From Candidatus Latescibacterota bacterium (GTDB lineage Bacteria > Latescibacterota > UBA2968 > UBA8231): 64,000 bases of DNA. Under the pieces are notes generated by a model that saw only the letters and a program-made list of their open reading frames with translations, was not told where the DNA came from and made no database searches. Within the stretch, counting starts at the first letter, position 1; each line of letters starts with the position of its first letter. Position numbers and translations under genes: made by a program. Below, piece by piece: positions 48,086 to 58,194 of this stretch. The stretch covers positions 6,464,001-6,528,000 of the forward strand of contig OZ244561.1 in the NCBI GenBank assembly GCA_965217585.1, written 5' to 3'.

Positions 48086-50137
48086 TCACCGCTGCACAAC
48101 CCAATAGTGAAACGAAACAATCGGCCGCAAATCGCCGCCAAAGTGGATCGGCTGCGTCTCAATCTCGACGCGGTCGCTCACATCCGAGGCCGGTATCTGG
48201 CCGACGGCCAGTTCGAGCCACTGACGGCCCCGCCCCCCCGGCAACTCCACGTTGGCGATCTTCTTTCCATTGGCGAACACCGCAAAGTGCTGAGCGATAC
48301 CCGTAACCGTGCGCATAATCACAGCCGCCGGTTGGCCAGCGTTCAGCGCAACCTCCATCCGCTCGCCTCCCGTTATCGTCCGGCCCCCGTCGATGTACAC
48401 GGCCTGGGGATCATCGGCAGCACTCAGGGCCAGCAGCAAATTCGCCTCCCCGCTGCCGGGGACCCACACCGCGGATTGGTAGCCGTGCCGACGTTCGTTT
48501 TCCAAATCGGCGACATCCACTTTATCAACCACCCGCCAGCCTTCCTCTAAGAGCGTCTGGTTGCGGATGGCCTCGCCGCTGAGACCGGCGGCCCAATGCG
48601 CCTGATACAACACCTTCTCCGCATCTATAATCGACGGCTCCAAGACGCGGATGCGATGCAGCGGCTGCAAGAAAATCCCTTCGGGGAAATTGAACCAATT
48701 GGGAAAAATGGCGAAGTACTGAGGACGCTGGCCCGGCGGCATGGCCTCCAGCCGCTCGAATAGCGACCCGCTCCCGTGCCGCCAAGGCGCGCTGTTCCCG
48801 GCCGTGGTCAACCCAACTAAGTCGATGGTTCGGCGGCGGCTGAAGTAGCGCAGGGCACCGGCGTCGTTGACGGCGATGCGCGCATCGGGCGGCAACTCGT
48901 CGTCTATAAAGCGCGCCATCTCGACCTGCTGGTTGCGGATATCGCTGCAATTTTCCCCGTACGCCACCGCGAAAAACCCCGCCGACATCAACCCCCACAA
49001 GCCGAAAAAGCAAGCCAAGCCCCGCGCCAGTTTGCTGCCCCATTCCCCCCCGGCCGCGTCCAAGCGCCCCAAGCCCAAGGCGGCAAAGAGAATGTAGAGC
49101 GGCAAGAAAGGCTGCTGGTAGCGGTTGAAGTGGGCGTCGTATTCGACGAGGGTGCAGGTTAGTAGAACGCCGCCGACAAACCACGCCCCACCCAATGCCG
49201 CCGCCCCGAACTTCCTCTCGGACAACTCGCTCCAGAGCCGATAGCTTAGCTCGGCTATAAAAAAGAGCGCCACAAAAGGGGCAAACACCACACGGCGGTA
49301 GTTGCCGTCGTACGCGTATAAATTGGCGCTGGTCTGATGCCCCAGCGACCCGGTGAGAATCCCTTTGACAAATTCGGCGAAGTCGAAAAAGACGGCTCGG
49401 ATCTGCTCGGGCAATGAGCCGTGGGGTTCGGCAAAGCGCCATTTGGCCTCGACCCCAGATGCCCCGGCCTCCCCCGTACACCAAGCCAGCAGCAGGGCTT
49501 GGAGCGCGTACACTCCCAAAGGCACCCCCCACTGCCAGTTCAACGCCCGGCGATAGGCGACTAGCGCCAGCAGCAGCAAGACCAAAGCGATCCCCTCGGG
49601 CCGCGCCAACGCCAGCAAGGCCGCCGCTAGCGGGGCGCGCCGATCTCCCGTTAGGTACAAATACAGGGTCAGCAAGATGGAGAAGGCAAAGAGGCCGATG
49701 GCCATGCCGCTGTAATAGCCCCACAGCAGCGGACCGCACAACAGGAACATCAACGCGGCCACCCAGCCGCTGAACGAGCCGCCCAATCTGCGGCCCAGCA
49801 GTAGGAGCAGCCACGCGCTCAACCCGAGCCACCCAGCCCCCAACGCCAACGCGTACAGCGCAATCCCCATCCCATCCAGCCCCAGCCAAAAGCCCGGCAC
49901 CAACAGCAAGGTGTACAGTAGGCTAGTCGCACCGGCCGTTGGCTCAGCGCCGGTATTGTATTCGAGGAAGTGCCCTTGGGCTGCTTGCCGCGCGTATTGG
50001 AAATAGATGAAGGAATCGTCCAGCGGCAGGGCCAAGCGGCCGCCGGTGTGGTAGAGCATGGAGGCCGCAAAGACCAAAAGCCACAAAAGGGCCAAGCCCC
50101 AAAGGATGGCCCCCTCTCGTCGAATTGCGTTCATCAC
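48086..50137 (-). CDS. GT-C-fold membrane glycosyltransferase (AftB-like) with extracellular C-terminal domain
   Basis: LPLDDSFIYFQYAR, GATSLLY, LARPEG, DAGALRYF, DLVGL. Confidence 0.75.
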   Translation of the reverse strand: MMNAIRREGAILWGLALLWLLVFAASMLYHTGGRLALPLDDSFIYFQYARQAAQGHFLEYNTGAEPTAGATSLLYTLLLVPGFWLGLDGMGIALYALALGAGWLGLSAWLLLLLGRRLGGSFSGWVAALMFLLCGPLLWGYYSGMAIGLFAFSILLTLYLYLTGDRRAPLAAALLALARPEGIALVLLLLALVAYRRALNWQWGVPLGVYALQALLLAWCTGEAGASGVEAKWRFAEPHGSLPEQIRAVFFDFAEFVKGILTGSLGHQTSANLYAYDGNYRRVVFAPFVALFFIAELSYRLWSELSERKFGAAALGGAWFVGGVLLTCTLVEYDAHFNRYQQPFLPLYILFAALGLGRLDAAGGEWGSKLARGLACFFGLWGLMSAGFFAVAYGENCSDIRNQQVEMARFIDDELPPDARIAVNDAGALRYFSRRRTIDLVGLTTAGNSAPWRHGSGSLFERLEAMPPGQRPQYFAIFPNWFNFPEGIFLQPLHRIRVLEPSIIDAEKVLYQAHWAAGLSGEAIRNQTLLEEGWRVVDKVDVADLENERRHGYQSAVWVPGSGEANLLLALSAADDPQAVYIDGGRTITGGERMEVALNAGQPAAVIMRTVTGIAQHFAVFANGKKIANVELPGGRGRQWLELAVGQIPASDVSDRVEIETQPIHFGGDLRPIVSFHYWVVQR

Positions 50138-51550
50138 CTATTCGTCCGCACGCTTGCCAATCGCATCCGCTAGGTGGTCCATCAAATCATCCAGTGCCTG
50201 CCGCGATGCGCGACCACGCAGCGCTTTGAGTGCCGGATCGTCTGTCGCCACCATCCATTCCTCAAGCGCATTTCTCAGACCCTGAATTTCATTGGCATAG
50301 CTGGGATCATCAATCAGGTTGTTCAGCGCATTGGGGTCGTGCTCAAAGTCGTAAAATTCTTCCACTACGCGATACGTAAACAAATGGTTGCGCGCCGCCA
50401 ATGCTGGATCGTTGGCCGCTGCTGCTTCCATCGCCTGCCAGGACCGGCCACTCTGGGACTCATTGCGAAACGCTCGCTCGCCATCGGACCAGGGGTTGAA
50501 AATGTAACCGAACCGCGCATTTTGCACGCACCGCATGGGGTAATTGCGCCGCGCCGAAGTCTGGTGAAATTGCGTGAACACCTGCTCGCAGCCAGCCTGC
50601 TCTGCACCCCGCAACACCGGCAAAAGCGATTTGCCATTGACGCCGTCTGGAATATCCACGCCCATTGCATCCAGCACGGTAGGCAGGTAATCGATCCCAG
50701 CAATAAAATGCTTGGTATCCACGCGCCCGGCCTGCATAACCGCTGGCCAGCGCACCACCCAAGGTGTGCGCGTACTGTGCAAATAACAATTGGTCTTGGC
50801 AAATGGAAATGCCATGCCATTATCCGACAAAAACATCACTAGGGTATTCTCCGCCGCGCCCACCGCATCCAACACATCGAGCAATCGCCCCACCGTATCA
50901 TCGCAGCGGCGCACAGAATTGTAATACTCGGCTATTTCCAGCCGCACATCCGGTATATCGGGCAAAAACCCGGGGACGATCACCTCTTCTGGCGCAAATG
51001 TGCGCGAGGGTGGCACGGCCGGCGGATCGAGTTTGCCATACCACTCGGACTTGTCATTGCCGTAAAACGGACGATGCGGATCGTGGGAATTTGCCATTAA
51101 AAAAAACGGGCGGTCGCCAGCTATGGCATCCTGCACAAAATTTTTCGCATACCGATAATACACCTCGGGATTTCGTCCCTGCCCCAAATGGATCTGCTCA
51201 GGTGCCATATCCCATTGAAATGCCTGGTATGGCGTCGAATGTGTCACTTTGCCCAAAATGCCCACATCATACCCCGCAGCGCGCAAAATAGCGGGCAGAA
51301 TGGGCACGCCTTTGCAGCGCAAACGATAAAAGCCCTCGCCCCCACTCAGATGCGGATAGCGCCCAGTCATCAACGCCGAGCGGCTCGGTTGGCACACCGC
51401 AATTGTCACATGACCGTGCTTAAATCGCAATCCCGCTGCGGCCAAGCGGTCGATATGGGGTGTTGTTCCCGCGGTCGGACACCCAAATGTCCCCACCGCA
51501 TCCCAGTTCATGTCATCTGCCGTAATTAGCATAAAATTTGGTCTATTCAT
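50138..51550 (-). CDS. Sulfatase (Cys-type, sulfamidase-like)
   Basis: ITADD, CQPSR, GK, DPHRPF, SDNGM; lower GC than neighbours. Confidence 0.93.
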   Translation of the reverse strand: MNRPNFMLITADDMNWDAVGTFGCPTAGTTPHIDRLAAAGLRFKHGHVTIAVCQPSRSALMTGRYPHLSGGEGFYRLRCKGVPILPAILRAAGYDVGILGKVTHSTPYQAFQWDMAPEQIHLGQGRNPEVYYRYAKNFVQDAIAGDRPFFLMANSHDPHRPFYGNDKSEWYGKLDPPAVPPSRTFAPEEVIVPGFLPDIPDVRLEIAEYYNSVRRCDDTVGRLLDVLDAVGAAENTLVMFLSDNGMAFPFAKTNCYLHSTRTPWVVRWPAVMQAGRVDTKHFIAGIDYLPTVLDAMGVDIPDGVNGKSLLPVLRGAEQAGCEQVFTQFHQTSARRNYPMRCVQNARFGYIFNPWSDGERAFRNESQSGRSWQAMEAAAANDPALAARNHLFTYRVVEEFYDFEHDPNALNNLIDDPSYANEIQGLRNALEEWMVATDDPALKALRGRASRQALDDLMDHLADAIGKRADE

Positions 51551-51595
51551 AAATTGGTTCGCCTCTCTAATCCATCCTAACCCATTGGAAAAACC

Positions 51596-52411
51596 ATGCG
51601 CTCACTTTATTTCCTACTCTCGTGGCTGCTCGTCCCGGCCGCCCTTTGCGCAGCCGCTCCTTTTGATCACAGCTCCTTTGACCAAGTGCTGCAAGAATAC
51701 GTGGATGACCAAGGCTTGGTCCGCTACGCCGCCCTAGCCAAAGACCGCGCTCAGCTCGACGCCTATGTCGATAGCCTCGGCCACTCCAGCCCCGCAAGCC
51801 ACCCCGACCGCTTTCCCACCCGTGAACACGAGCTGGCCTACTGGATCAATGCGTACAACGCCTTTACCCTGCGGGGCGTCATCGACGCCTATCCCATCGC
51901 CAGCGTCAAGGATGCCTTTGTGCTCAGCGGCTTTTTCAACCGCCAAACCTTTGTCGCTGGGGGCCGTGAGATGACGCTGGACCATGTTGAAAACAAAATT
52001 ATCCGCCCCAACTACCGCGATCCACGCATCCACTTTGCGGTCAACTGCGCGGCCCTTAGCTGCCCGCAACTGGACAACCGGGCCTTTACCGCCCCCGATC
52101 TCGACGCCCGCTTGGAACGGGCGCTAACGCGCTTTGCCCAAGACTCCAACCACGTGCGCCTGCAAGGCAAGCAGCTCTACCTATCCAAACTTCTAGACTG
52201 GTACGGGGAAGACTTCTCGGCTTGGTTCCCACCCGATCGCCCCAATCCCGAGGACATGCCCACCATCGTCAACTACCTGCGCCCGTACCTTCTCCCGGCC
52301 CTAGCCGCTGGACTGACCGAGGATATAACTGTCGAATACAACGACTACGACTGGGCGCTCAACGAAGAAAAAGAAACGGGAAGCCCCCGCCCAGCGGCAG
52401 ACTCCCCGTAA
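51596..52411 (+). CDS. DUF547-domain exported protein
   Basis: AYWINAYNA, DPRIHFAVNCAALSCP, YDWALN. Confidence 0.92.
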   Translation: MRSLYFLLSWLLVPAALCAAAPFDHSSFDQVLQEYVDDQGLVRYAALAKDRAQLDAYVDSLGHSSPASHPDRFPTREHELAYWINAYNAFTLRGVIDAYPIASVKDAFVLSGFFNRQTFVAGGREMTLDHVENKIIRPNYRDPRIHFAVNCAALSCPQLDNRAFTAPDLDARLERALTRFAQDSNHVRLQGKQLYLSKLLDWYGEDFSAWFPPDRPNPEDMPTIVNYLRPYLLPALAAGLTEDITVEYNDYDWALNEEKETGSPRPAADSP

Positions 52412-52438
52412 TCATCGTCCTAACGCCATCTTGGCGTT

Positions 52439-53281
52439 TTATAAGAAAAACGGATTGTGCTCCCGTTCTTCCCCCACAGTAGTAGCTGGCCCATGACCGG
52501 GAAAGAGCGCGACGTTTTCGTCTAGAACGAGTAGCTTCTCGGCCACCGCTTGGCGCTGCATCCGGTAGTTGACCACACTGCGAGTGCCCCCGAGAGAACC
52601 CGCGAAAAGCGCGTCCCCGACAAAGGCCATTTCCTCGTGGACCAAGCTGATGCCGCCCGCCGTATGTCCGGGCGTGGAGCGGACCTCAAAGCGCAATTTG
52701 CCGACGTGCACGACTTCGCCTTCTTCTAGCTCGCCTGCGATTTGATCGGCCAAGCTGCCCATGAGGGCCAAGTCGCCGCGGTGAATCCGCGCTGGCGCGG
52801 CCGTGGCGCGACCAATCTCGGCGAGAGCGCCGATGTGGTCTTGGTGGCCGTGCGTCAGCAAGATCTGTTCAACCGTCAGCCCGGAGGCGGCCAAGCGCTG
52901 GAGAATTTTATCCGCGTCGAACCCTGGGTCGATGACCGCAGCTTGGCCCGTTGCCGCACAGCCGACGATGTAGCCGTTCATCAGAAAGCCGCTGCCGAGC
53001 ACCATCATCTCCACCTGCGCCCCGGCAAGCGGGTGGCCCGCTGGATGGCGCGGGAAAAACGCCTGCGCCGCGCTCGCCTGCAATTTGCCCGGGTGCAACC
53101 CGAGAGCTTCGGCCAGTCGCTCAATGGTGTCTGCGGCCGGGATCAGCTCGTAGTCTTCGACCCTGGCGATATCCCCGGCAGTCAATCCCACCCGGTCCGC
53201 CAGTGCTGCGGTCGCAATCTCCTGCCCGCGCCGGGCCTTGGCGATGATATCGCCGAACTCATCTTCTAATTGTGTGTACAT
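52439..53281 (-). CDS. HTH (XRE)-fused MBL-fold metallo-hydrolase
   Basis: N-terminal DIIAKARRGQ HTH; THGHQDH, TPGHT, GDALF, PGHG. Confidence 0.88.
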   Translation of the reverse strand: MYTQLEDEFGDIIAKARRGQEIATAALADRVGLTAGDIARVEDYELIPAADTIERLAEALGLHPGKLQASAAQAFFPRHPAGHPLAGAQVEMMVLGSGFLMNGYIVGCAATGQAAVIDPGFDADKILQRLAASGLTVEQILLTHGHQDHIGALAEIGRATAAPARIHRGDLALMGSLADQIAGELEEGEVVHVGKLRFEVRSTPGHTAGGISLVHEEMAFVGDALFAGSLGGTRSVVNYRMQRQAVAEKLLVLDENVALFPGHGPATTVGEEREHNPFFL

Positions 53282-53287
53282 GTTCCC

Positions 53288-53959
53288 TCAGTATTCAAGG
53301 TTCGACTGGGCGGCTTGCAAGCTACCCAAGAATTCATCAAAGCTGGCGGCCCATTGCTCGATGGTTTGGGCCGGTCCAGTCATCTTGAAAAACACCATGC
53401 CCGAGTGGTGGACGGCGATGGCCCCGAGCATCCGGTACCCGGCTTGGGGCTCCGCATTCCCCATCCCCATGCCGGCGGAGAAGGTGCCGCTGACATCAAC
53501 TCCGGTTATCTCGATGTCCTCCCCCACCTGCCGCGTCCAACGCCGCCCTTGGGCCGGCTGGCCGTCCTCCTGTTTGAACTGGCCGAACCAGCGCTCAATA
53601 TTGGCCTCTACGCTTCCGCCTTGCCCTGGGCCAAAGAAAAAGATGCCCAGCGTCGCTTCTCCGGCTGGCCCAGAGAGGCCGTATTGGGCCACCCGCATGG
53701 AGCTCGACGGCTGCTGCGCCACCCAACCCTTGGGAGCCACCGCGCTGAGCGGCCCCAGTGCCTGCCGCTCGCCCGCTTGACCCAAAGGGGACGCTGGCGT
53801 CGCAGTGGTTGGCGTTGGGGAGCGGGCGGTGAATCCCCGCTCGGCCATGGCCGCCGCCGGCTCTTGATCGCTGAAATTTTGGCTGCACCCGATAGCCCCA
53901 AAGACCCAAGCGCATATCCATATAGATTGGCCCCAAGGCCAAAAATTGTCCTTTAGCAT
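53288..53959 (-). CDS. Hypothetical lipoprotein
   Basis: ATG 53959 coupled to upstream stop; AIGC lipobox-like; SMRVAQY, GGSVEANIERWFGQF, FFKMTGP. Confidence 0.7.
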   Translation of the reverse strand: MLKDNFWPWGQSIWICAWVFGAIGCSQNFSDQEPAAAMAERGFTARSPTPTTATPASPLGQAGERQALGPLSAVAPKGWVAQQPSSSMRVAQYGLSGPAGEATLGIFFFGPGQGGSVEANIERWFGQFKQEDGQPAQGRRWTRQVGEDIEITGVDVSGTFSAGMGMGNAEPQAGYRMLGAIAVHHSGMVFFKMTGPAQTIEQWAASFDEFLGSLQAAQSNLEY

Positions 53960-54471
53960 CACAGATTTCCCCAAGCAATGAAGGCGGCGAGGGCCGCTAA
54001 TACGACCAAACCCCCCAAGTACAACCAAACCCTGTTTCGCGCGCGCCGTTGCGGTCTTTTAAGCGGTTGCCGCCTAGGCCGATTGAGAGCCAGCGTCCCC
54101 ACTTGCAGCGTCGGCGACTTGTGTTGGATATAGTGGGCCATTCCCTCGTATATGCAGCGGATACTATGGGCATTCTCGGCCTCCGCGTAATCGGCCAGAT
54201 GCGATAGCGGCAACCACTGCACCGGGGCGATGTCTTGGGAAATGGGGAATTCGATTTGCGCTTTGACCCGCGCCTGTTCGTAGCCCAAGAGGCGGACGTA
54301 ATAGCGCAGCCGACAGCTATCGAAATCGACCAGACAACAGCGGTAGCCAACCGCGCATAGCTGGCGCAATCCCTCCTCCACATCGCGCAACAAGCCCAAG
54401 TCGCGTGCCTGGCGCGCGTTCACTAGCTGCTCGCGCAGCACTTTGACGGTTGTTGGGGTGCCTTCGTTCAT
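53959..54471 (-). CDS. Hypothetical protein with C-terminal TM anchor
   Basis: 170 aa, hydrophobic C-terminus, translationally coupled to next gene. Confidence 0.65.
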   Translation of the reverse strand: MNEGTPTTVKVLREQLVNARQARDLGLLRDVEEGLRQLCAVGYRCCLVDFDSCRLRYYVRLLGYEQARVKAQIEFPISQDIAPVQWLPLSHLADYAEAENAHSIRCIYEGMAHYIQHKSPTLQVGTLALNRPRRQPLKRPQRRARNRVWLYLGGLVVLAALAAFIAWGNL

Positions 54472-54634
54472 CGTCCTACTGCGAACTTAGAGCGCGAAAA
54501 TAAGGCCGTTTTCGCATAGGTTGTCAACTTTCTTCCGGCGTGCTTGCGCATGCAGGCTTTGGTTTGACAGACTAGCGCTGCATCGGTTAAGATAGCGGCC
54601 AACTTGTACCCGCCTTGCCCTTCTCAGCCATCTT

Positions 54635-56140
54635 ATGTTGCGCTACAGCCGCCCCTACTTCCCGTTGGGTTGGATCTTCCTGCTTGCGGTCCTTTTGCTC
54701 CCAGCCGGGCACGCGCACGCCGAGGACGACCTGCGGCGCATCCACCGCATTGTCATCCTCGGGCTCGAGCGCACCGACGAACGGGTCATTCGCCGCGAAT
54801 TGCTCTTTGCCGCAGGCGATGTCCTCGACTCCACCCGCGTTGCCGAGACAGCGCGCAACCTGCGGCGCTTGCTCTTTATCGGCGAAGTACATATCCGCTT
54901 GCTCGACCGCGGCGACGGTATCGAGGTAACGGTCTCGGTAGAGGATCTCTACTCTAGAGCCTTATCTCCCTTGCTCTCAGGACAAATCGACGAATTGAGC
55001 TTCGGGGTGGTTGCGCTCGACTACAATTTTCGCGGCCGCGGCCAACGCCTGCGCTTGGGCCTCGGAAACCAAGCCATTTCCGGCCCTTGGGCCGAGTTGC
55101 TCTTTGCCGCGCCGCGCCTCGGCGGTAGCCGACGCACCCTGGCGGTCCAACTCGCCACAGATGCCGAAGGCCATGCCCATGCCCTAACCTTCTCGCGCCC
55201 CTTTGCCACCCTAGCCGATCGCCGCGCCTATGGCTTTTCCCTATCCAGCCAAAAGGCCGTTCGGCGCCTGTACTCGGGGGGGCGGCTTGAAACGCGCTAT
55301 CAAGACGCGCTCGACGGCGGTCGCATCTGGCTGACCCGCTCCTATGGCGCACAGATCAAGATACGCCCCTCGGTGCAATTGCGCGTCTCTCGACGCCGAT
55401 TTACCGCGAGCACGAGTCACGGGTACGCACCCTCCGACCGGACGCGGATCGTGCCGAGCGTCGGCCTCCTCGTGTGGCACCCCCGCTATAAGCGCGTCCG
55501 CTACATGCGCGACTTAGGCCCGCTAGAGGACTTGCAAACGGGCAGTTGGCTGTCGCTGCGTTGGGGCTTCGCCCATCGCTCCTTGGGATCAGATCGGACC
55601 TTTTCCTTTTATCAAGCCCAACTGGCCCCCCGATTCGAGCCGACCAAGCGCAGCTACGCCGAGCTGACCTTGGTCACCAGCACGTACCTAGGCGAGGGGA
55701 AATTTTACAACACCTTCGCCCAGGCATCCGCAACCACGTACTTCCGGCTGGGAGCGGTTCATTCGCTTGCCTTGCGCGCCTCTTGGGAAGCACTGCACCG
55801 CAGCGAGGACGCCGACCAACTCCTCCTCGGCCTAGTGCGCGGCTTGCGCGGCTATGCCCCCCGGCGCTACGATGGCACTAGGCGCGTACTGTTCAACTTG
55901 GAAGCGCGCCCTACCTGGGTGCGCCGACCTTGGTACACCCTCGCCAGTGCCGCCTTTGTAGATTGCGGCGCGGCTTGGACACCCGACCGCGAGAGAGCAA
56001 ATTTGGTATGTTCCCCCGGCTTGGGCATTCGCTTAGGCTGGCCCAAGGTGTACAACACGCCCGTGTTTCGCGGCGATATCGCCTGCGGATTAGAGGAGGG
56101 TACTTATGTGTTGTCCGTGGGATTGGGGCAGTACTTTTAG
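54635..56140 (+). CDS. Omp85/BamA-TamA-family outer-membrane protein with one POTRA domain
   Basis: ILGLERTDERVIRRELLF POTRA; LRGY motif; C-terminal GQYF. Confidence 0.85.
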   Translation: MLRYSRPYFPLGWIFLLAVLLLPAGHAHAEDDLRRIHRIVILGLERTDERVIRRELLFAAGDVLDSTRVAETARNLRRLLFIGEVHIRLLDRGDGIEVTVSVEDLYSRALSPLLSGQIDELSFGVVALDYNFRGRGQRLRLGLGNQAISGPWAELLFAAPRLGGSRRTLAVQLATDAEGHAHALTFSRPFATLADRRAYGFSLSSQKAVRRLYSGGRLETRYQDALDGGRIWLTRSYGAQIKIRPSVQLRVSRRRFTASTSHGYAPSDRTRIVPSVGLLVWHPRYKRVRYMRDLGPLEDLQTGSWLSLRWGFAHRSLGSDRTFSFYQAQLAPRFEPTKRSYAELTLVTSTYLGEGKFYNTFAQASATTYFRLGAVHSLALRASWEALHRSEDADQLLLGLVRGLRGYAPRRYDGTRRVLFNLEARPTWVRRPWYTLASAAFVDCGAAWTPDRERANLVCSPGLGIRLGWPKVYNTPVFRGDIACGLEEGTYVLSVGLGQYF

Positions 56141-56203
56141 AGAGAGCGAATCTTTTGGCACACTTGGAGCGTTTATAAAAAACCCAACGCAAAAGGAGGA
56201 GCC

Positions 56204-57259
56204 ATGAACGCCAAACTACTCATTCTGACCGGCGCGGCCTTGTGTGTGCTTAGCATTCAAGCCAGCCACGCCCAAAACCACGCCCAGGCGACGTTTGCCG
56301 GGGGATGTTTCTGGTGCATCGAAGCGCCCTTTGACAAGGTCGAGGGGGTCGTCTCAGCCGTTTCCGGCTACACCGGCGGCGAGCGCGAAAACCCAACCTA
56401 CAAGCAAGTCAGCTCCGGCGCGACCAAGCACATAGAATCCGTACTGGTCACCTTTGATCCCGAGATTATCTCCTATGGTCAACTCCTCGACATCTACTGG
56501 CGTCAATTCGACCCCACGGACCCAAGGGGCTCCTTTTACGACCGCGGCCATCAATATACCTCGGCTATATTTTACCACGACGAAGAGCAACGCACCTTAG
56601 CCGAAGCCAGTAAACAGGCCCTCGACGAGTCGGGCCGCTTTGACAAACCCATCGTCACGCCTATCCGCCCAGCCACCACCTTTTATCCGGCCGAGGAGTA
56701 CCACCAAGATTACTACCGAAAGAACCCCCAGCACTACAAGCGCTATCGCCGAGGATCGGGCCGTGACCGCTTTATCGAAGAGACGTGGAGCAAAGACCTC
56801 CCGGCACCAATGGCCAGCGGCCAATACGCCAAACCTCTCATCGACACCTTGCGCACCCAACTCACGGACTTGCAATTTCAGGTCACGCAGGAAGACGCCA
56901 CCGAGCGGCCCTTCCGCAACCTGTATTGGGACAACAAGGCCGCGGGCATCTACGTCGATATTGTTTCCGGCGAACCCCTCTTTAGCTCGCAGCACAAGTT
57001 CAAATCCGGCACCGGCTGGCCCAGCTTTACTCAGCCCTTAGTGCCGGATCACATCGTCGAGCACACCGACAGTTCGCTGTTTATGACTCGCGTAGAGGTT
57101 CGCAGCAAATACGCCGATTCGCATCTCGGACACGTCTTTGCGGACGGCCCGGCCCCCACCGGGCTGCGCTACTGCATCAACTCGGCTTCTCTGCACTTTA
57201 TTTCCGTCGAGGATTTGGCCGAGGAAGGCTATGGCGAGTACGCGGCCCTGTTTGAGTAA
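56204..57259 (+). CDS. msrAB: Exported bifunctional methionine sulfoxide reductase MsrA/MsrB
   Basis: Signal peptide; [15 protein letters not shown]; [20 protein letters not shown]. Confidence 0.96.
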   Translation: MNAKLLILTGAALCVLSIQASHAQNHAQATFAGGCFWCIEAPFDKVEGVVSAVSGYTGGERENPTYKQVSSGATKHIESVLVTFDPEIISYGQLLDIYWRQFDPTDPRGSFYDRGHQYTSAIFYHDEEQRTLAEASKQALDESGRFDKPIVTPIRPATTFYPAEEYHQDYYRKNPQHYKRYRRGSGRDRFIEETWSKDLPAPMASGQYAKPLIDTLRTQLTDLQFQVTQEDATERPFRNLYWDNKAAGIYVDIVSGEPLFSSQHKFKSGTGWPSFTQPLVPDHIVEHTDSSLFMTRVEVRSKYADSHLGHVFADGPAPTGLRYCINSASLHFISVEDLAEEGYGEYAALFE

Positions 57260-57291
57260 GCGCGGGGCCTTTGCCGCATTGCAGAAATGCA

Positions 57292-57340
57292 AACGGCCGG
57301 ATAACCTCACCCAGAATCGGGATCGGTTTATCCGGCCGTT
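57292..57340. terminator. Inverted repeat / probable terminator
   Basis: aacggccggataa ... ttatccggccgtt (13-bp perfect stem) between convergent genes. Confidence 0.65.
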
Positions 57341-57372
57341 GTCTAAGTGGCTCCCCGTATGCTCAACTCACC

Positions 57373-58101
57373 TCATCCAGGATAGCGCGCGAAGTAAAAG
57401 ACTTTGAGCGGCTCTTCTGTATCGTTGATGAGACTGTGGCCCGGATTTGAGGGCGTGACGCAGATCGCATCTCCCGGCCGCTGGCGATAGACGTCCTGGC
57501 CCACCACGTGGATGCCGCTGCCCTCCAGCATGTACCACACCTCATCCATATTGTCTTCGTGGCCGTGCGTGTCGGGCGTCTGCATGGCTTCGATGCGCAC
57601 GACTAGATTATTGTGCATGACCACGAGCCCGTCCTCTCTGCTGAAGATCGGATGGACGAGGTGGGTCCAGTGCCCTTGGGCGAGGGGGAGTTCCCGGTAG
57701 TTGCGGATGAGTGCCTCTGTTCGGGAAGCCTCCACACCGTCGCGAAGCACCTCCTCCAGTACGAGAAATTCGAGCGGCGTGTCCACCTCGTTGGTCAGCA
57801 CGTGCTCCAAGCCTGGCGGCACAATGATGCCGTCGCCCTCGCGCACTGTCTGTTTGAGCGCGCCGGCCGCGAAGGTGCCCTTGCCATCGACGATATAGAG
57901 GACCAGTTGGCGGTCGTCGAGCGTAGTTGGCACCGAGGCGACGCGCGGCTCGAGATAACAGCGCGAGAAGCTGTCGACAAAGTTCAGGATAGCCCCCTCT
58001 TTGGAGAAGTCGCTAGGGTCTTTTTTCGAAAAGATCTCCCGCTTGATAATGTTGCCGTGGGTGATGCTCGAGGGGCACTGTAGCCAGTTTCTGATGCGCA
58101 T
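57373..58101 (-). CDS. Bicupin protein
   Basis: VPPGLEHVLTN; HGHEDNMDEVWYMLEG..PGHSLIN. Confidence 0.8.
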   Translation of the reverse strand: MRIRNWLQCPSSITHGNIIKREIFSKKDPSDFSKEGAILNFVDSFSRCYLEPRVASVPTTLDDRQLVLYIVDGKGTFAAGALKQTVREGDGIIVPPGLEHVLTNEVDTPLEFLVLEEVLRDGVEASRTEALIRNYRELPLAQGHWTHLVHPIFSREDGLVVMHNNLVVRIEAMQTPDTHGHEDNMDEVWYMLEGSGIHVVGQDVYRQRPGDAICVTPSNPGHSLINDTEEPLKVFYFARYPG

Positions 58102-58194
58102 CTGGACTTATCTCCTATCTGCGTGTGGTATAATGGTTGTAGCTATGGCCGCTGGCACCCGCTACGTCGCCACCGCCACAGCTAACAAATCGCC

